Origin: an uncultured Denitrobacterium sp.
GTDB lineage: Bacteria > Actinomycetota > Coriobacteriia > Coriobacteriales > Eggerthellaceae
Direction of reading: 5' to 3'
DNA: 64,000 nucleotides
NCBI GenBank assembly: GCA_905236045.1
Contig: CAJOOG010000078.1
Coordinates: 36,099-100,098, forward strand
The notes under the pieces were generated by a model. The model did no database searches. It was given only the letters and a program-made list of their open reading frames with translations, and was not told the DNA's origin. The translations under genes and the position numbers were made by a program. Shown here piece by piece: positions 26,311 through 35,037 of this stretch (positions within the stretch are counted from its first letter, which is position 1; the number at the start of each line of letters is the position of its first letter).

Positions 26311-27182
26311 GCCGAGCCCCCCGTCTTCTGCAGGCTGGTGCTCGTCCACGACACGTCGGCGTTGCGCGTGGTCGTGACCGTGGTGGTCTCGGTGCGCAGG
26401 TAGCCGGAATCGGCGGGGACGTCCACAGGCGTCGCGCGGTTCTCCTCGGTGGATTCGGAAGTGACGAAATCCGAGCCGCAGAGCAGCGTGAGGGAAGAGA
26501 AGTCGTCTTGCTCGGAGGCATGCGCGGAGTCGAATTGGAGCTGCAGCCCGCCGTCCTCGAGCGTCCACTCCGTGATCTTCACCTCGAGGGCGTTCTGGAG
26601 CGCGGTCTTGTCTATGCCGGCGGGGGCGGAGGAGATGGTGTGCGTGAGGTCGAACTCGCCGAGCTCGACGCCCGAGCCGCCGGCTAGCCCCGTCGCCATC
26701 CGGCTCCAGAGCTCGCTTGCGCTTGCCGTGCCGCCGGCGGAGCCGAGCAGCAGGCACACGGCGCTGCGCTCCGGCAGCGTGAGGCCGTTCAGGCTTATGG
26801 GCAGGGTGCCGTCGCCGGATGCGGTAGCGATCTGCGTGCCGTTCACGAAGAGCGTGGTCTGCTCCACCGTGTCCGTCGAGCTGCCGCGGGTCACGCCGCT
26901 TTCGGTGTAGGAGGTCTGCCTGGTGAATTGCTTCACCTGCGTGCAGGAGATGTTCACTCGGGTTTCGTCGAAGGTGCTTTGCACGAGCTCGGCGGCGGAG
27001 ACCACGCTGTAGTAGCGCTGATCGCCCGCGGACAGATTGCTCGAGCGGCCCACGGCCGCAGTCCCCGCGGCGATGACGACCGACGTGAGCAGGGCGCAGA
27101 TGAGGAACAGCAGCAACGCGAGCGGCATGGAGATGCCCCGTTGCTCCGCCAGCTTGCGGCATATGTCCCTCGTCGATCTCAC
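26307..27182 (-). CDS. PilX/GspK-like minor pilin (291 aa), first gene of the operon
   Basis: MRSTRDICRKLAEQRGISMPLALLLFLICALLTSVVIAAG resembles the PilX_N type (RG + hydrophobic helix, no E+5). The remainder is Ser/Thr-rich and secreted-type. Confidence 0.6.
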   Translation of the reverse strand: MRSTRDICRKLAEQRGISMPLALLLFLICALLTSVVIAAGTAAVGRSSNLSAGDQRYYSVVSAAELVQSTFDETRVNISCTQVKQFTRQTSYTESGVTRGSSTDTVEQTTLFVNGTQIATASGDGTLPISLNGLTLPERSAVCLLLGSAGGTASASELWSRMATGLAGGSGVELGEFDLTHTISSAPAGIDKTALQNALEVKITEWTLEDGGLQLQFDSAHASEQDDFSSLTLLCGSDFVTSESTEENRATPVDVPADSGYLRTETTTVTTTRNADVSWTSTSLQKTGGSA

Positions 27183-27206
27183 GTCCGTTCGACCTTTCCC
27201 GAAAAC

Positions 27207-27241
27207 GTGCTAGCATGGTCCTGCGTTAGGGTGCTAGCACC
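27207..27241 (-). promoter_or_regulatory. Two copies of the palindrome TGCTAGCA (second copy GGTGCTAGCACC, perfect 12-mer), 24 bp centre-to-centre, in the leader of the minor-pilin/adhesin operon
   Basis: GTGCTAGCA at 27207-27215 and GGTGCTAGCACC at 27230-27241. They lie between the predicted -10 (27286-27291) and the start codon at 27182. They could also pair as a 9-bp RNA stem. Confidence 0.5.
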
Positions 27242-27285
27242 GCATTTGGGCGCAGCAAAGTTCACGTGGACACGCTATTTTTTCG

Positions 27286-27313
27286 ATTATCGCCGTTTTG
27301 GACGAAATTTCAA
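27286..27313 (-). promoter_or_regulatory. Sigma-70-type promoter for the pilX-like...pilC operon
   Basis: Minus strand reads TTGAAA (27313-27308), a 16-nt spacer, then GATAAT (27291-27286), inside a locally AT-rich island. A T8 run (27344-27351 on the minus strand) lies about 30 nt further upstream. Confidence 0.55.
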
Positions 27314-27454
27314 CTACTAGAACAGCTTCTCGTCTGCGGAAACGCCGAAAAAAAAGACGGCGGTGGCGGGCCGGCGGCGGCGCGCGGGCGAGCACGCGAT
27401 TCGACGGGGCGTTCGAACGGGTCCGTTAGCACCCGATTCCGGTCCTTGCCGCTG

Positions 27455-28342
27455 CTAGCCCAAGAGCAAAAGCGCACGTGCCTCCTCTTCGCGCAGGGGG
27501 CTGCGATAGAAGCGCTCGAAATCCTTCAAGAGGGGGTTCGGGACGGGCTCTTCGGGGGCGAGTCCGCCGGGGTGGAAGAGCAGTTCCAGGTCCATGTTGC
27601 ACGCCTGCGCATATTCCTCGAAGGCCGGCAGGACGGCGCTCACGCGCTCGTAGGTCATGTGCCCGCTGAAGTTGATGCCGCAGAACACGGCCGTCTGCTC
27701 GGGCGGAATGGGGAAGATGTCGCGATCGCGGCGCCAGGAGCGGTTCAGCACCCCCCTCTTCACCAGATTGACGGCCGGGATCTTCGCTAAGATCCCCGGA
27801 GTGCGGATGAAGGGGGCCAGGGGCTCGGCGGGGACACGCAGGAAGTCCACGTGGCAGCCGAGGTCTTCGACGGCGGCCCAGAGCGCCTGGTAGACGCGGG
27901 GAATAAGGTGGAAGTGCTGATGGCTGTCTACGCGCAGATGGTCCTTCATCCGGGGAAAGCGCGTCGTGTAGCGCACGAGCTGGGCGCGGATCTCGCGCTG
28001 CACCTGCCGGGCGAGCTCGTCGGAGGTCTCGTCGTGGCGGGAGAAGGCGAGGAAGAGATTGGCGAAGCTGCGGTTGAACAGCCCGTTTTCGTCCACGAGG
28101 AGGGGAATCTCGGCTGGGTTGGCCACGCAGCCGCCCTCGACCAGGTTCACGTGCAGGTTCATGTCGAGCACGTCCAGGTAGGGCTCTATCATGTTGGCGC
28201 ATTCCGAAAACGACGGCGTGTTTACCAGAAACGAGAGGCTGTTCAGGGCGCCTTCCCCGCCGCAGGCCGTCGAAGCGGCCAGGATGCGTTGCGATTGCCG
28301 AGGCGCGATCCCGTAATCATCTGCGTGGTAGATGATTCTCAC
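27455..28342 (-). CDS. ChbG/HpnK (YdjC-like) family carbohydrate deacetylase
   Basis: GTG start preceded by AAGGAGGAA. MRIIYHADDYGIAPRQSQRIL..., DSHQHFHL metal-binding-type motif. 295 aa. Confidence 0.75.
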   Translation of the reverse strand: MRIIYHADDYGIAPRQSQRILAASTACGGEGALNSLSFLVNTPSFSECANMIEPYLDVLDMNLHVNLVEGGCVANPAEIPLLVDENGLFNRSFANLFLAFSRHDETSDELARQVQREIRAQLVRYTTRFPRMKDHLRVDSHQHFHLIPRVYQALWAAVEDLGCHVDFLRVPAEPLAPFIRTPGILAKIPAVNLVKRGVLNRSWRRDRDIFPIPPEQTAVFCGINFSGHMTYERVSAVLPAFEEYAQACNMDLELLFHPGGLAPEEPVPNPLLKDFERFYRSPLREEEARALLLLG

Positions 28343-28411
28343 TTGCCCGTTCCTCCTTCGTCAAACTATACTTTCGAGAGTTTAGCATTGCCGTCGCCGA
28401 GGAAGCCGATC

Positions 28412-29383
28412 GTGGACGCATTCGACCTTTCGCTCATAGTTCCCTGCTATAACGAGCAGGGCAACATCCTGCCCTTCTACGACCTCGCGCGCAAGACGCT
28501 CGACGGGACGGGCGTGCGCTACGAGCTCGTGTTCATAGACGACGGCAGCGCCGATGGGACGCTCGAGGCGCTGAAATCCCTTTGCGAGCGGACCGGGGAG
28601 GATGCGCCTGCGGGGGACAGGGCGGTGCAGGTCATCAGCTTCTCGCGGAACTTCGGCAAGGAGAGCGCCATCTACGCCGGCCTGCAGAATGCTCGCGGGG
28701 CCTGCCTGGGCATCATCGACGCGGACCTGCAGCAGGATCCCGCCATCGCCCTGGAGATGTACCGGTACCTGCAGGATCATTCGGATTGCGATATGGTGGC
28801 CGCCTACCAGGAGCAACGGCGGGAAGGTGCCTTGCTCGGATGGTTCAAGCGGGTGTTCTACCGCACCTTCAACGCCACGGCGGACGAGATATCTCTGCCG
28901 CCGAACATGAGCGACTTCCGCGTCTTCCGCCGCATCGTGGCCGACGCGCTGTTGCAGATGCCCGAGTACCTTCGCTTCTCGAAGGGCCTCTTCTCGTGGG
29001 TGGGCTTCAAGATGCACGCGATGCCCTACACCGTGCGCCAGCGTCACGAAGGGAAGAGCACCTGGTCGTTCCCCCGGCTGATGAAATACGCCATGGACGG
29101 AATCCTGTCCTTCACCACCTGGCCGCTGAAGATGGCGAAGTGGATCGGCGGCATCTCTTTCGTGGCCGCTTTCCTGTACCTGCTCTACGTGCTGGTGGTG
29201 GATTACCTCATTCGCGGCATAGCCATTCCCGGCTATCCCACGCTCGTGTGCCTGATCCTGCTCTTCGGGGGGCTCCAGCTGCTGGTCCTGGGCATCATGG
29301 GCGAGTACATGGCGCGCGAGTATCTGGAGGTGAAGCGCCGGCCGATCTACCTGACGCGGGAGCGCTACGACTCGCTCTCGTAG
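28412..29383 (+). CDS. GT2 family polyprenyl-phosphate glycosyltransferase (CsbB/GtrB/ArnC-like) with two C-terminal TM helices
   Basis: In-frame GTG at 28412 lies 7 nt after GAGGAAG (TTG at 28388 is an alternative). The upstream 180 codons of track ORF 27851..29383 are antisense to the deacetylase gene. Motifs: LSLIVPCYNEQ, VFIDDGSADGT, IIDADLQQDP. Confidence 0.85.
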   Translation: MDAFDLSLIVPCYNEQGNILPFYDLARKTLDGTGVRYELVFIDDGSADGTLEALKSLCERTGEDAPAGDRAVQVISFSRNFGKESAIYAGLQNARGACLGIIDADLQQDPAIALEMYRYLQDHSDCDMVAAYQEQRREGALLGWFKRVFYRTFNATADEISLPPNMSDFRVFRRIVADALLQMPEYLRFSKGLFSWVGFKMHAMPYTVRQRHEGKSTWSFPRLMKYAMDGILSFTTWPLKMAKWIGGISFVAAFLYLLYVLVVDYLIRGIAIPGYPTLVCLILLFGGLQLLVLGIMGEYMAREYLEVKRRPIYLTRERYDSLS

Positions 29384-32307
29384 CCTGCGGGTTTCGCGCG
29401 GCGGCGGCCCTGGCGGCGGCCCAGGAGCACGGCGACTGTTTGCCAGAGGGCGAGTAAGATCAGGCCCGCTATCGTCAGCTTCACGCCCAGGTCCCACCCG
29501 GGCAGCGTGTAGGTCAGCTCCACGGTGCTTTCCCCCTCGGGCACGCGGATGCCCGCGAAGCCCTCCAGCACATGCTCTATTTCCGCGGGCTGCCCGTTTA
29601 CCGTGGCGCTCCAGCCGTCGTTGCCCGAGGTGGTCAGGAAGAGCATCTGGTCCTGCCGGGCGTCCACCTGCACGGTCACGTGGTTCGAGGAGAGCTCGGT
29701 TATGGCGCTGGATTGAGCCTGGGCTTGGGTTCGAGTCTGCGCTCGGTCCTGGAGCTGGGCTTGCGACTGGGTTTGGGCTTGCGCTTGCGCGAAGCTGCGC
29801 GTGAAGGCCCTCTCGTCGAGACGGTAGAAGACGGGCTCGGGCAGCGTGATGCTTTCGTCTTCGAAGTCCTGGTCGAGTTCGATGCGGAACACGTAGCGGT
29901 CGTCTTCTTCGACCAGCTCGACGATGCGCGGGTAGTCGCGTTTGAGGGCGAAGGCGTTGCTTTCGGGGACGTCGTACTCGTCGGCATTCTCGAACAGGAC
30001 GCCACCGGTGGGGGCGTTTTCCGCGCAATAGGCGAAGACGCGGCTGGAGGAGGGTGCGTTTACCGTGAAGTCCACGTAGGCGGTCGCCGTGGGTGCGGCA
30101 TCGGAGGCGGGGTTGGCGGCGTCGGAGGCGGGGTTTGCGGCGGAGTCGGAGGCGTCGTTGTCGGAGCCGTCGGCAGCGTCGCCCGATCCAGCTGACTGGT
30201 TCGTGCGCGTGAGGGTGATGGTGCCGTCGGCGTTGTGAAGGACCTCGAGGCCGAAGGCGCTCTCCTGCGGCGCGTCGAGCGCGACGAAGCAGTTCTCGTC
30301 TGTGCCGAATGCGGTCTTCACCAGCTCGTTTTGTCTCTCGAAGACGTTGGGTAGCGCGTTGAGGTCCAAGTTCGCCAAATCGGCGTTCACCAGGTAGGCC
30401 AGGGGCAGCGCTTGCTCGTTCTCGTAGACCGACAGGCCGTTTTGCCTGCCGAGGAAGCGGTAGAGGGCACGTTGGTAGGAGGAATCGAGCTCGACCGAGT
30501 TGCGATCGAAGACCTCGTCGGGGTCCGCCAAGATGTAGCGGATGCCCAGCAGGGAATCGGTGACGGGCGTGGTGCCGGAGTAGCGGGCGATCTTCATGGA
30601 GGCCAGCACGCCGAGCGACTTCAGGGTGCGGTGCGTGCCCACGTCGAATTCGGTCCCGAAGACCGAGATGCCTTTATAGCCGCAGGCCACAGCGTCGTTT
30701 TCGCGGTAGGAGAACAGCTTTTCCACGCGGTAGGGACTCTCCGTTCCCGCGCCCAGGCCGTTTACGGTCGCGGAGACGGCCGCCTGCTTGGTCTCGAAAT
30801 CGTCCACGGCGGCGTAAGGCTCGGCGCGGCAGACGATGCCGTTGAGGACGAAGGCGCTTATCGCCAGCTCCGCGAAGCAGGCCACCATCAGAGCCGTGCG
30901 GGCTCTGATGAGTTTCGGACGCTGCGACGGAGGGGCGTCCGCGGGGCGGCACTGCCCCGCGACATGCCAGAACAGGGCGCAATACGCCGCTATCAGGGCC
31001 ACGTTCGCCACCACCAGCGGCCATACCATCTTATGGCGCGAGTACTCGATGACGAGGGGCCCCAAGGCGAACTCGTGCACGTTTTCCGCAGGCAGCGCAT
31101 TGCAGACCAGGGTGTCTACGACCAGCACCGCCAAAGCGGCGACGGTGCAGATTGCGACGTGCCGCCGCGTGCTTCCCCGCAGCTTCTCCATTTCCCGCGA
31201 CGCCAACACTACGAGGAAGAAGATGATCAGAAACGTTTGCCGTCCCTCGAACCAATCGGGCTGGTCGAACAGGTGCCAGGCGTAATAGAGCGGCGCCAGC
31301 ACGAGGCCCGCGAAGAGCGCCGCCAGCATGGTGCCGGAGCAGACGCGCTCCCGACGCGTGATGAGCCGATTGGCGAAGTAGAGCCCTCCCAGCAGCACGA
31401 CGAACAGTCCGCAATACAGCTGCGGACGCCCCATGGGGAAGTAGACGTCGTAGCTGCCGAAGTAGAGCGGATAGGTTATATCCACGAAGCCGAAGTACGG
31501 CTCTAGCGAGAGGTTCACGAACTCCCCGCTGCTTACGTTGGCGATGATGACCCCGATGAGCTCCACGCCGAGGATGAGGAACGTGAACGCGCCGATGAGC
31601 AGGAGTTTCAGGAGGTTTACCAAGACCTCCTTCGGGCCCTGGCGCAACTCGCCCACCGTGTACCACACCAAGTAGAGCGCTATGAACAGGGCCATCATGT
31701 ACCCGTGGTAGTAATCGCACCAAAACGCGAGCACCATAAGCCCCAGCAGCGGCAGGCTGAGGATCGAGCGCGTGCGGGCCATGTGCTCGGCGGCGTAGAC
31801 CATGAACGGCAGGATGATGACGACGTCGAGCCACATGACGAATTGGAAGTAGCACACCGTCCAAGCGCTGAGAGCGTAAGCGCCGCCCAGCAGGATGGCG
31901 GCTGCGGGTTTCATCTCGTGCTTGCGCAGGTACCACGCGCAGGCGAGCCCCATAAGCCCGATGCGCAGCAGTTGGACGAGCAGGAGCGCCTCGGAGAGCG
32001 CTTCTTCGGGGAAGAGCAGGATGATGAGGTTGAGCGGGGAGGAGAGGTTGGTGAAGAGGTAGGGGTAGATGCTGTAGCCCATGCCGATGTTCCAGCTCCA
32101 GAAGACGCCCTCGCCGCCGAGAACCATGTCGTGCAAGTGGGCCAAGTACAGGCTGTAGATGTTGGCGCAGTCGGAGTTGAAGACGGTGTTGGGGCCGAAA
32201 GGGGCGACGCCGTCGGCGGCGAGCACGGCCAGCATGGTGAAGGCGGGGAAGGCGAAAGCGGCGCCCAGCGTGAGGCTTTCGGTATGTCTGCGTGCGAAGG
32301 TCCTCAT
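29365..32307 (-). CDS. YfhO family polytopic membrane protein (glycosyl transfer to cell-envelope polymers) with a long extracytoplasmic C-terminal region
   Basis: 980 aa with many TM helices in the N-terminal ~470 aa (FGPNTVFNSDCANIYSLYLAHLHDMV..., typical of YfhO). Low-complexity AQAQAQTQSQAQLQDRAQTRTQAQAQ tract and a C-terminal TM. The 3' end overlaps the GT2 gene by 19 nt. Confidence 0.75.
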   Translation of the reverse strand: MRTFARRHTESLTLGAAFAFPAFTMLAVLAADGVAPFGPNTVFNSDCANIYSLYLAHLHDMVLGGEGVFWSWNIGMGYSIYPYLFTNLSSPLNLIILLFPEEALSEALLLVQLLRIGLMGLACAWYLRKHEMKPAAAILLGGAYALSAWTVCYFQFVMWLDVVIILPFMVYAAEHMARTRSILSLPLLGLMVLAFWCDYYHGYMMALFIALYLVWYTVGELRQGPKEVLVNLLKLLLIGAFTFLILGVELIGVIIANVSSGEFVNLSLEPYFGFVDITYPLYFGSYDVYFPMGRPQLYCGLFVVLLGGLYFANRLITRRERVCSGTMLAALFAGLVLAPLYYAWHLFDQPDWFEGRQTFLIIFFLVVLASREMEKLRGSTRRHVAICTVAALAVLVVDTLVCNALPAENVHEFALGPLVIEYSRHKMVWPLVVANVALIAAYCALFWHVAGQCRPADAPPSQRPKLIRARTALMVACFAELAISAFVLNGIVCRAEPYAAVDDFETKQAAVSATVNGLGAGTESPYRVEKLFSYRENDAVACGYKGISVFGTEFDVGTHRTLKSLGVLASMKIARYSGTTPVTDSLLGIRYILADPDEVFDRNSVELDSSYQRALYRFLGRQNGLSVYENEQALPLAYLVNADLANLDLNALPNVFERQNELVKTAFGTDENCFVALDAPQESAFGLEVLHNADGTITLTRTNQSAGSGDAADGSDNDASDSAANPASDAANPASDAAPTATAYVDFTVNAPSSSRVFAYCAENAPTGGVLFENADEYDVPESNAFALKRDYPRIVELVEEDDRYVFRIELDQDFEDESITLPEPVFYRLDERAFTRSFAQAQAQTQSQAQLQDRAQTRTQAQAQSSAITELSSNHVTVQVDARQDQMLFLTTSGNDGWSATVNGQPAEIEHVLEGFAGIRVPEGESTVELTYTLPGWDLGVKLTIAGLILLALWQTVAVLLGRRQGRRRAKPAGYESES

Positions 32308-32467
32308 GCCCCGGTGGTTTCTGCGTCTTTCCTTGAAGCGAGCTCTTGATGCGATCCGAGAATTATAGCAAGCGCCGGCGCTGCAGGCGCTGCGGGTTGC
32401 GGACGCTGCGGACGTCCCGAACCGAGGGAACAGGCCCTGCGGGCGGGTGGCTGCGGCGCGGGCGAGG

Positions 32468-32507
32468 GCAAAAGAGAGCAGGCCGACCGAAAGAGCGGTC
32501 GACCTGC
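32468..32507 (-). terminator. Intrinsic terminator downstream of tRNA-Lys
   Basis: Minus strand reads GCAGGTCGACCG-ctcttt-CGGTCGGCCTGC (one G-U pair) followed by TCTCTTTTG. Confidence 0.7.
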
Positions 32508-32515
32508 TGTTTTAG

Positions 32516-32591
32516 TGGTGGGCCCTGGGGGGCTCGAACCCCCGACCTTGGGATTAAAAGTCCCCTGCTCTGCCAGCTGAGCTAAGGGCCC
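32516..32591 (-). tRNA. tRNA-Lys (anticodon UUU), CCA encoded
   Basis: GGGCCCTTAGCTCAGCTGGCAGAGCAGGGGACTTTTAATCCCAAGGTCGGGGGTTCGAGCCCCCCAGGGCCCACCA. Folds as a cloverleaf with 7-bp acceptor, GCTC/GAGC D stem, CTTTTAA anticodon loop and GGGGG/CCCCC T stem with a TTCGAGC loop. Confidence 0.95.
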
Positions 32592-32842
32592 TCGGCGCCT
32601 TCGCGCATTTGCGTATTCTAACGATGGGGTTCGACGGGGTCAATGCCGTTCTGGCCCTTGCCGGAATGAGGGCAAACCCCGCGGTCTCATTATTATTTGG
32701 GGAAGCGGGCGATATGCCGAGCCCAGAGGAGGAACGAGGCTACCGCGGGCAGTTCGAAAACAATGTTGCACGACTATGTTTCCGCAGCTCGTGGCATAAT
32801 GGCAGGGTGCCGCATAAGGCAAAAGCCTCAACACGAGAGAGG

Positions 32843-33778
32843 ATGGGAACTATGTTCTGCACGTACTGCGGGAAACCAAACGAAGACGATGCCGCCTTTT
32901 GCGTGTATTGCGGCAAGCCGATTGGCGAAGACGACGCACAGGAAGCGCCCTCGGCCGGCTACGCGGTGCAGCAGACGGCGAAAATGCAGGCCCAAGCGCC
33001 TGCGCAGATCCCCGCCCGGCCTGCAGGAGGCTATTCCTCTCAGCCGCAAGCCTATTCGCGGACAAGCAATGGAACCGCAGGCAAGAACAGCCGCACAGCG
33101 ATTATCGTTATCGCGATCGTCGCCGTCGTAGCGGTTATCGCGGCCATCGCGGTGTTCGCCCTGGGCCTCGGGGGGAATTTAAACGCCGGCCCTTCGAATC
33201 CCCAGCAGGTGAACGTCTCCGCCAATTCCTCGACCACCGAAACCCACAAAATCGTGTTCGAGGCTTCGGGCGCGCAAACTACCTACGGGCAAACCGAGGC
33301 GAAGGCCGGAGACACCATCGTATCGCCTACCGATCCTGTGAAATCCGGCTACGACTTCGGCGGATGGTACCGCGATAGCGATTATCGGAGCGCCGTCGAG
33401 TTCCCCTACACCGTCAGCGACGCCGACCCGGCGACCATAATCTTCTATGCGAAATGGAACGAGCAGGCGAGCGTGGGCAGCGGCTCGACGGGCGGCACAG
33501 CGTATACGGATTTCGTCTTCCCCGATAGCAGCGACAGGTACCTGAGGCGCTCCGAGCTAAACGGAATGAGCAAATTCTGGGCGCAGAGGGCCATCAACGA
33601 GATATACGCACGCCACGGATACATCTTCCAGAAGAACGAGGAGGAGCGGGCCTACTTCGAATCGCGATCTTGGTATCAGGGCTACGAGACGAACCAAGAC
33701 AAGGTCAAGGCCCAATTCAATGACTACGAAAAGGCAAACGAGAAGCTTCTTTCGGAATACAGGGACAGCCTTGAATAA
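32843..33778 (+). CDS. Zinc-ribbon / TM / InlB B-repeat / YARHG-domain membrane protein
   Basis: MGTMFCTYCGKPNEDDAAFCVYCGKPI (zinc ribbon), TM AIIVIAIVAVVAVIAAIAVFAL, KSGYDFGGWYRD...IIFYAKW (Flg_new-like) and C-terminal NEIYARHGYIF (YARHG). The ATG at 32852 is an equally good start. The upstream part of track ORF 32609.. overlaps the tRNA flank and was rejected. Confidence 0.8.
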   Translation: MGTMFCTYCGKPNEDDAAFCVYCGKPIGEDDAQEAPSAGYAVQQTAKMQAQAPAQIPARPAGGYSSQPQAYSRTSNGTAGKNSRTAIIVIAIVAVVAVIAAIAVFALGLGGNLNAGPSNPQQVNVSANSSTTETHKIVFEASGAQTTYGQTEAKAGDTIVSPTDPVKSGYDFGGWYRDSDYRSAVEFPYTVSDADPATIIFYAKWNEQASVGSGSTGGTAYTDFVFPDSSDRYLRRSELNGMSKFWAQRAINEIYARHGYIFQKNEEERAYFESRSWYQGYETNQDKVKAQFNDYEKANEKLLSEYRDSLE

Positions 33779-34233
33779 TAAGGAGAAGGTCACCCGCAGG
33801 AAGGTCGTCAGGGCGGCGGGGTGGAGATGAGACGGCGCCCTTGGTCATGCCGCGCCTATGCACCTGCAGAAACCGCCACCTGCCTACGTTAACGCCGCCC
33901 CGCCCCGCCGCATGCGTCTGGCCGACGTGCGAAAACGGAGTTTTAATGGAGACCCCCCGACGCAGTTAGAATAGTCAGCCGAAGCGATTCGAGGAAGTCG
34001 TGCGTCTGCGGCCTTACGGCCGACGACTTGCGCCCCCCTCGTTTTTCGAAGAGCGGATGGTACATCGGGTAAGCGCTTCTCCCCCGAATCCGCCAAGAGT
34101 GCTGGGCGCCGTTCGACCGCCCGATGCGAAGCCCCAGGGGGTTCGCCCAATTGACGCGCGCAGCGTCATTTCTGCTCTTGGCGGCTTCGCGTGCCGGCCT
34201 CCTTCGAAGCAAAGGTGCACAAGGAGGCACATT

Positions 34234-34452
34234 TTGAGCAAAGAAGACGTCATCGAGCTGGAGGGCACGGTGCTCGAGGCTCTGCCGAACGCGATGTTTC
34301 AGGTGGAGCTCGAGAACGGGCACAAGATCCTGGCTCACATTTCCGGCAAGATGCGCATGCATTACATCAAGATTCTGCCGGGCGACAAGGTGACCGTGGA
34401 GCTTTCCGTCTACGACCTCGATCGCGGGCGCATCACCTATCGCTTCAAGTAA
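34234..34452 (+). CDS. infA: Translation initiation factor IF-1
   Basis: TTG start 6 nt after [78 protein letters not shown]. Confidence 0.95.
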   Translation: MSKEDVIELEGTVLEALPNAMFQVELENGHKILAHISGKMRMHYIKILPGDKVTVELSVYDLDRGRITYRFK

Positions 34453-34522
34453 GCAGCCGAAAACAACCGCCTGCGGCTGGGCGTGAAGATAAAACGGAAC
34501 ACATACCGAAAGGAAGATTGAT

Positions 34523-34636
34523 ATGAAGGTACGTCCTTCGGTCAAGAGAATGTGCGACAAGTGCAAGATCATCCGACGCCACGGCAAGGTCCTCGTCATC
34601 TGCGAGAACCCGCGCCACAAGCAGCGTCAGGGCTAG
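34523..34636 (+). CDS. rpmJ: 50S ribosomal protein L36
   Basis: Not in the ORF track (37 aa). [37 protein letters not shown], with GAAAGGAAG upstream. Confidence 0.95.
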   Translation: MKVRPSVKRMCDKCKIIRRHGKVLVICENPRHKQRQG

Positions 34637-34655
34637 GGAAGAGGAGTTTTCGAGT

Positions 34656-35027
34656 ATGGCACGTCTTGTTGGTGTCGACCTCCCTCGCGGCAAGCGCATC
34701 GAGATCGGCTTGACCTATATCTACGGCATCGGCCTGTCCACCTCCAAGAAGATTCTCGCGGAGACCGGCGTGAACCCGGACACCCGCACCGACGATCTCA
34801 CCGAAGAGGAACTCGGCAAGATTCGCGATTACATCAACGCGAACCTCACCGTCGAGGGCGACCTGCATCGCGAGGTTTCCCAGAACGTGAAGCGCCTCAT
34901 GGAGATCGGCTGCTATCGCGGTCTGCGTCATCGTCGCGGCCTGCCCGTCCGCGGACAGCGCACGCACACGAACGCACGCACCCGTAAGGGTCCGCGTAAG
35001 CAAATCGGCGGCAAGAAGAACAAGTAG
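34656..35027 (+). CDS. rpsM: 30S ribosomal protein S13
   Basis: [34 protein letters not shown]... Confidence 0.97.
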   Translation: MARLVGVDLPRGKRIEIGLTYIYGIGLSTSKKILAETGVNPDTRTDDLTEEELGKIRDYINANLTVEGDLHREVSQNVKRLMEIGCYRGLRHRRGLPVRGQRTHTNARTRKGPRKQIGGKKNK

Positions 35028-35037
35028 AGGGGTTCAA

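Noticed and set aside
27340-27454. Possible intrinsic terminator for the deacetylase gene using the T8 run (minus strand, 27344-27351)
   Set aside because: The sequence preceding the T-run on the minus strand is almost pure C/G on one strand and cannot form a convincing stem. The T-run may instead act as an UP-like element for the pilus operon promoter. Left unassigned.
32308-32620. Integrase or att-site evidence for a mobile island at tRNA-Lys
   Set aside because: There is no integrase, recombinase or transposase ORF anywhere in the window, and I saw no second copy of the tRNA 3' segment. The island idea is kept only as a low-interest inference.
33884-34620. ORFs on both strands upstream of and across infA (33884..34150, 33943..34620, 34014..34268, 34191..34526)
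   Set aside because: They conflict with the unmistakable infA and rpmJ frames or lie in the non-coding leader. Their composition is not protein-like.
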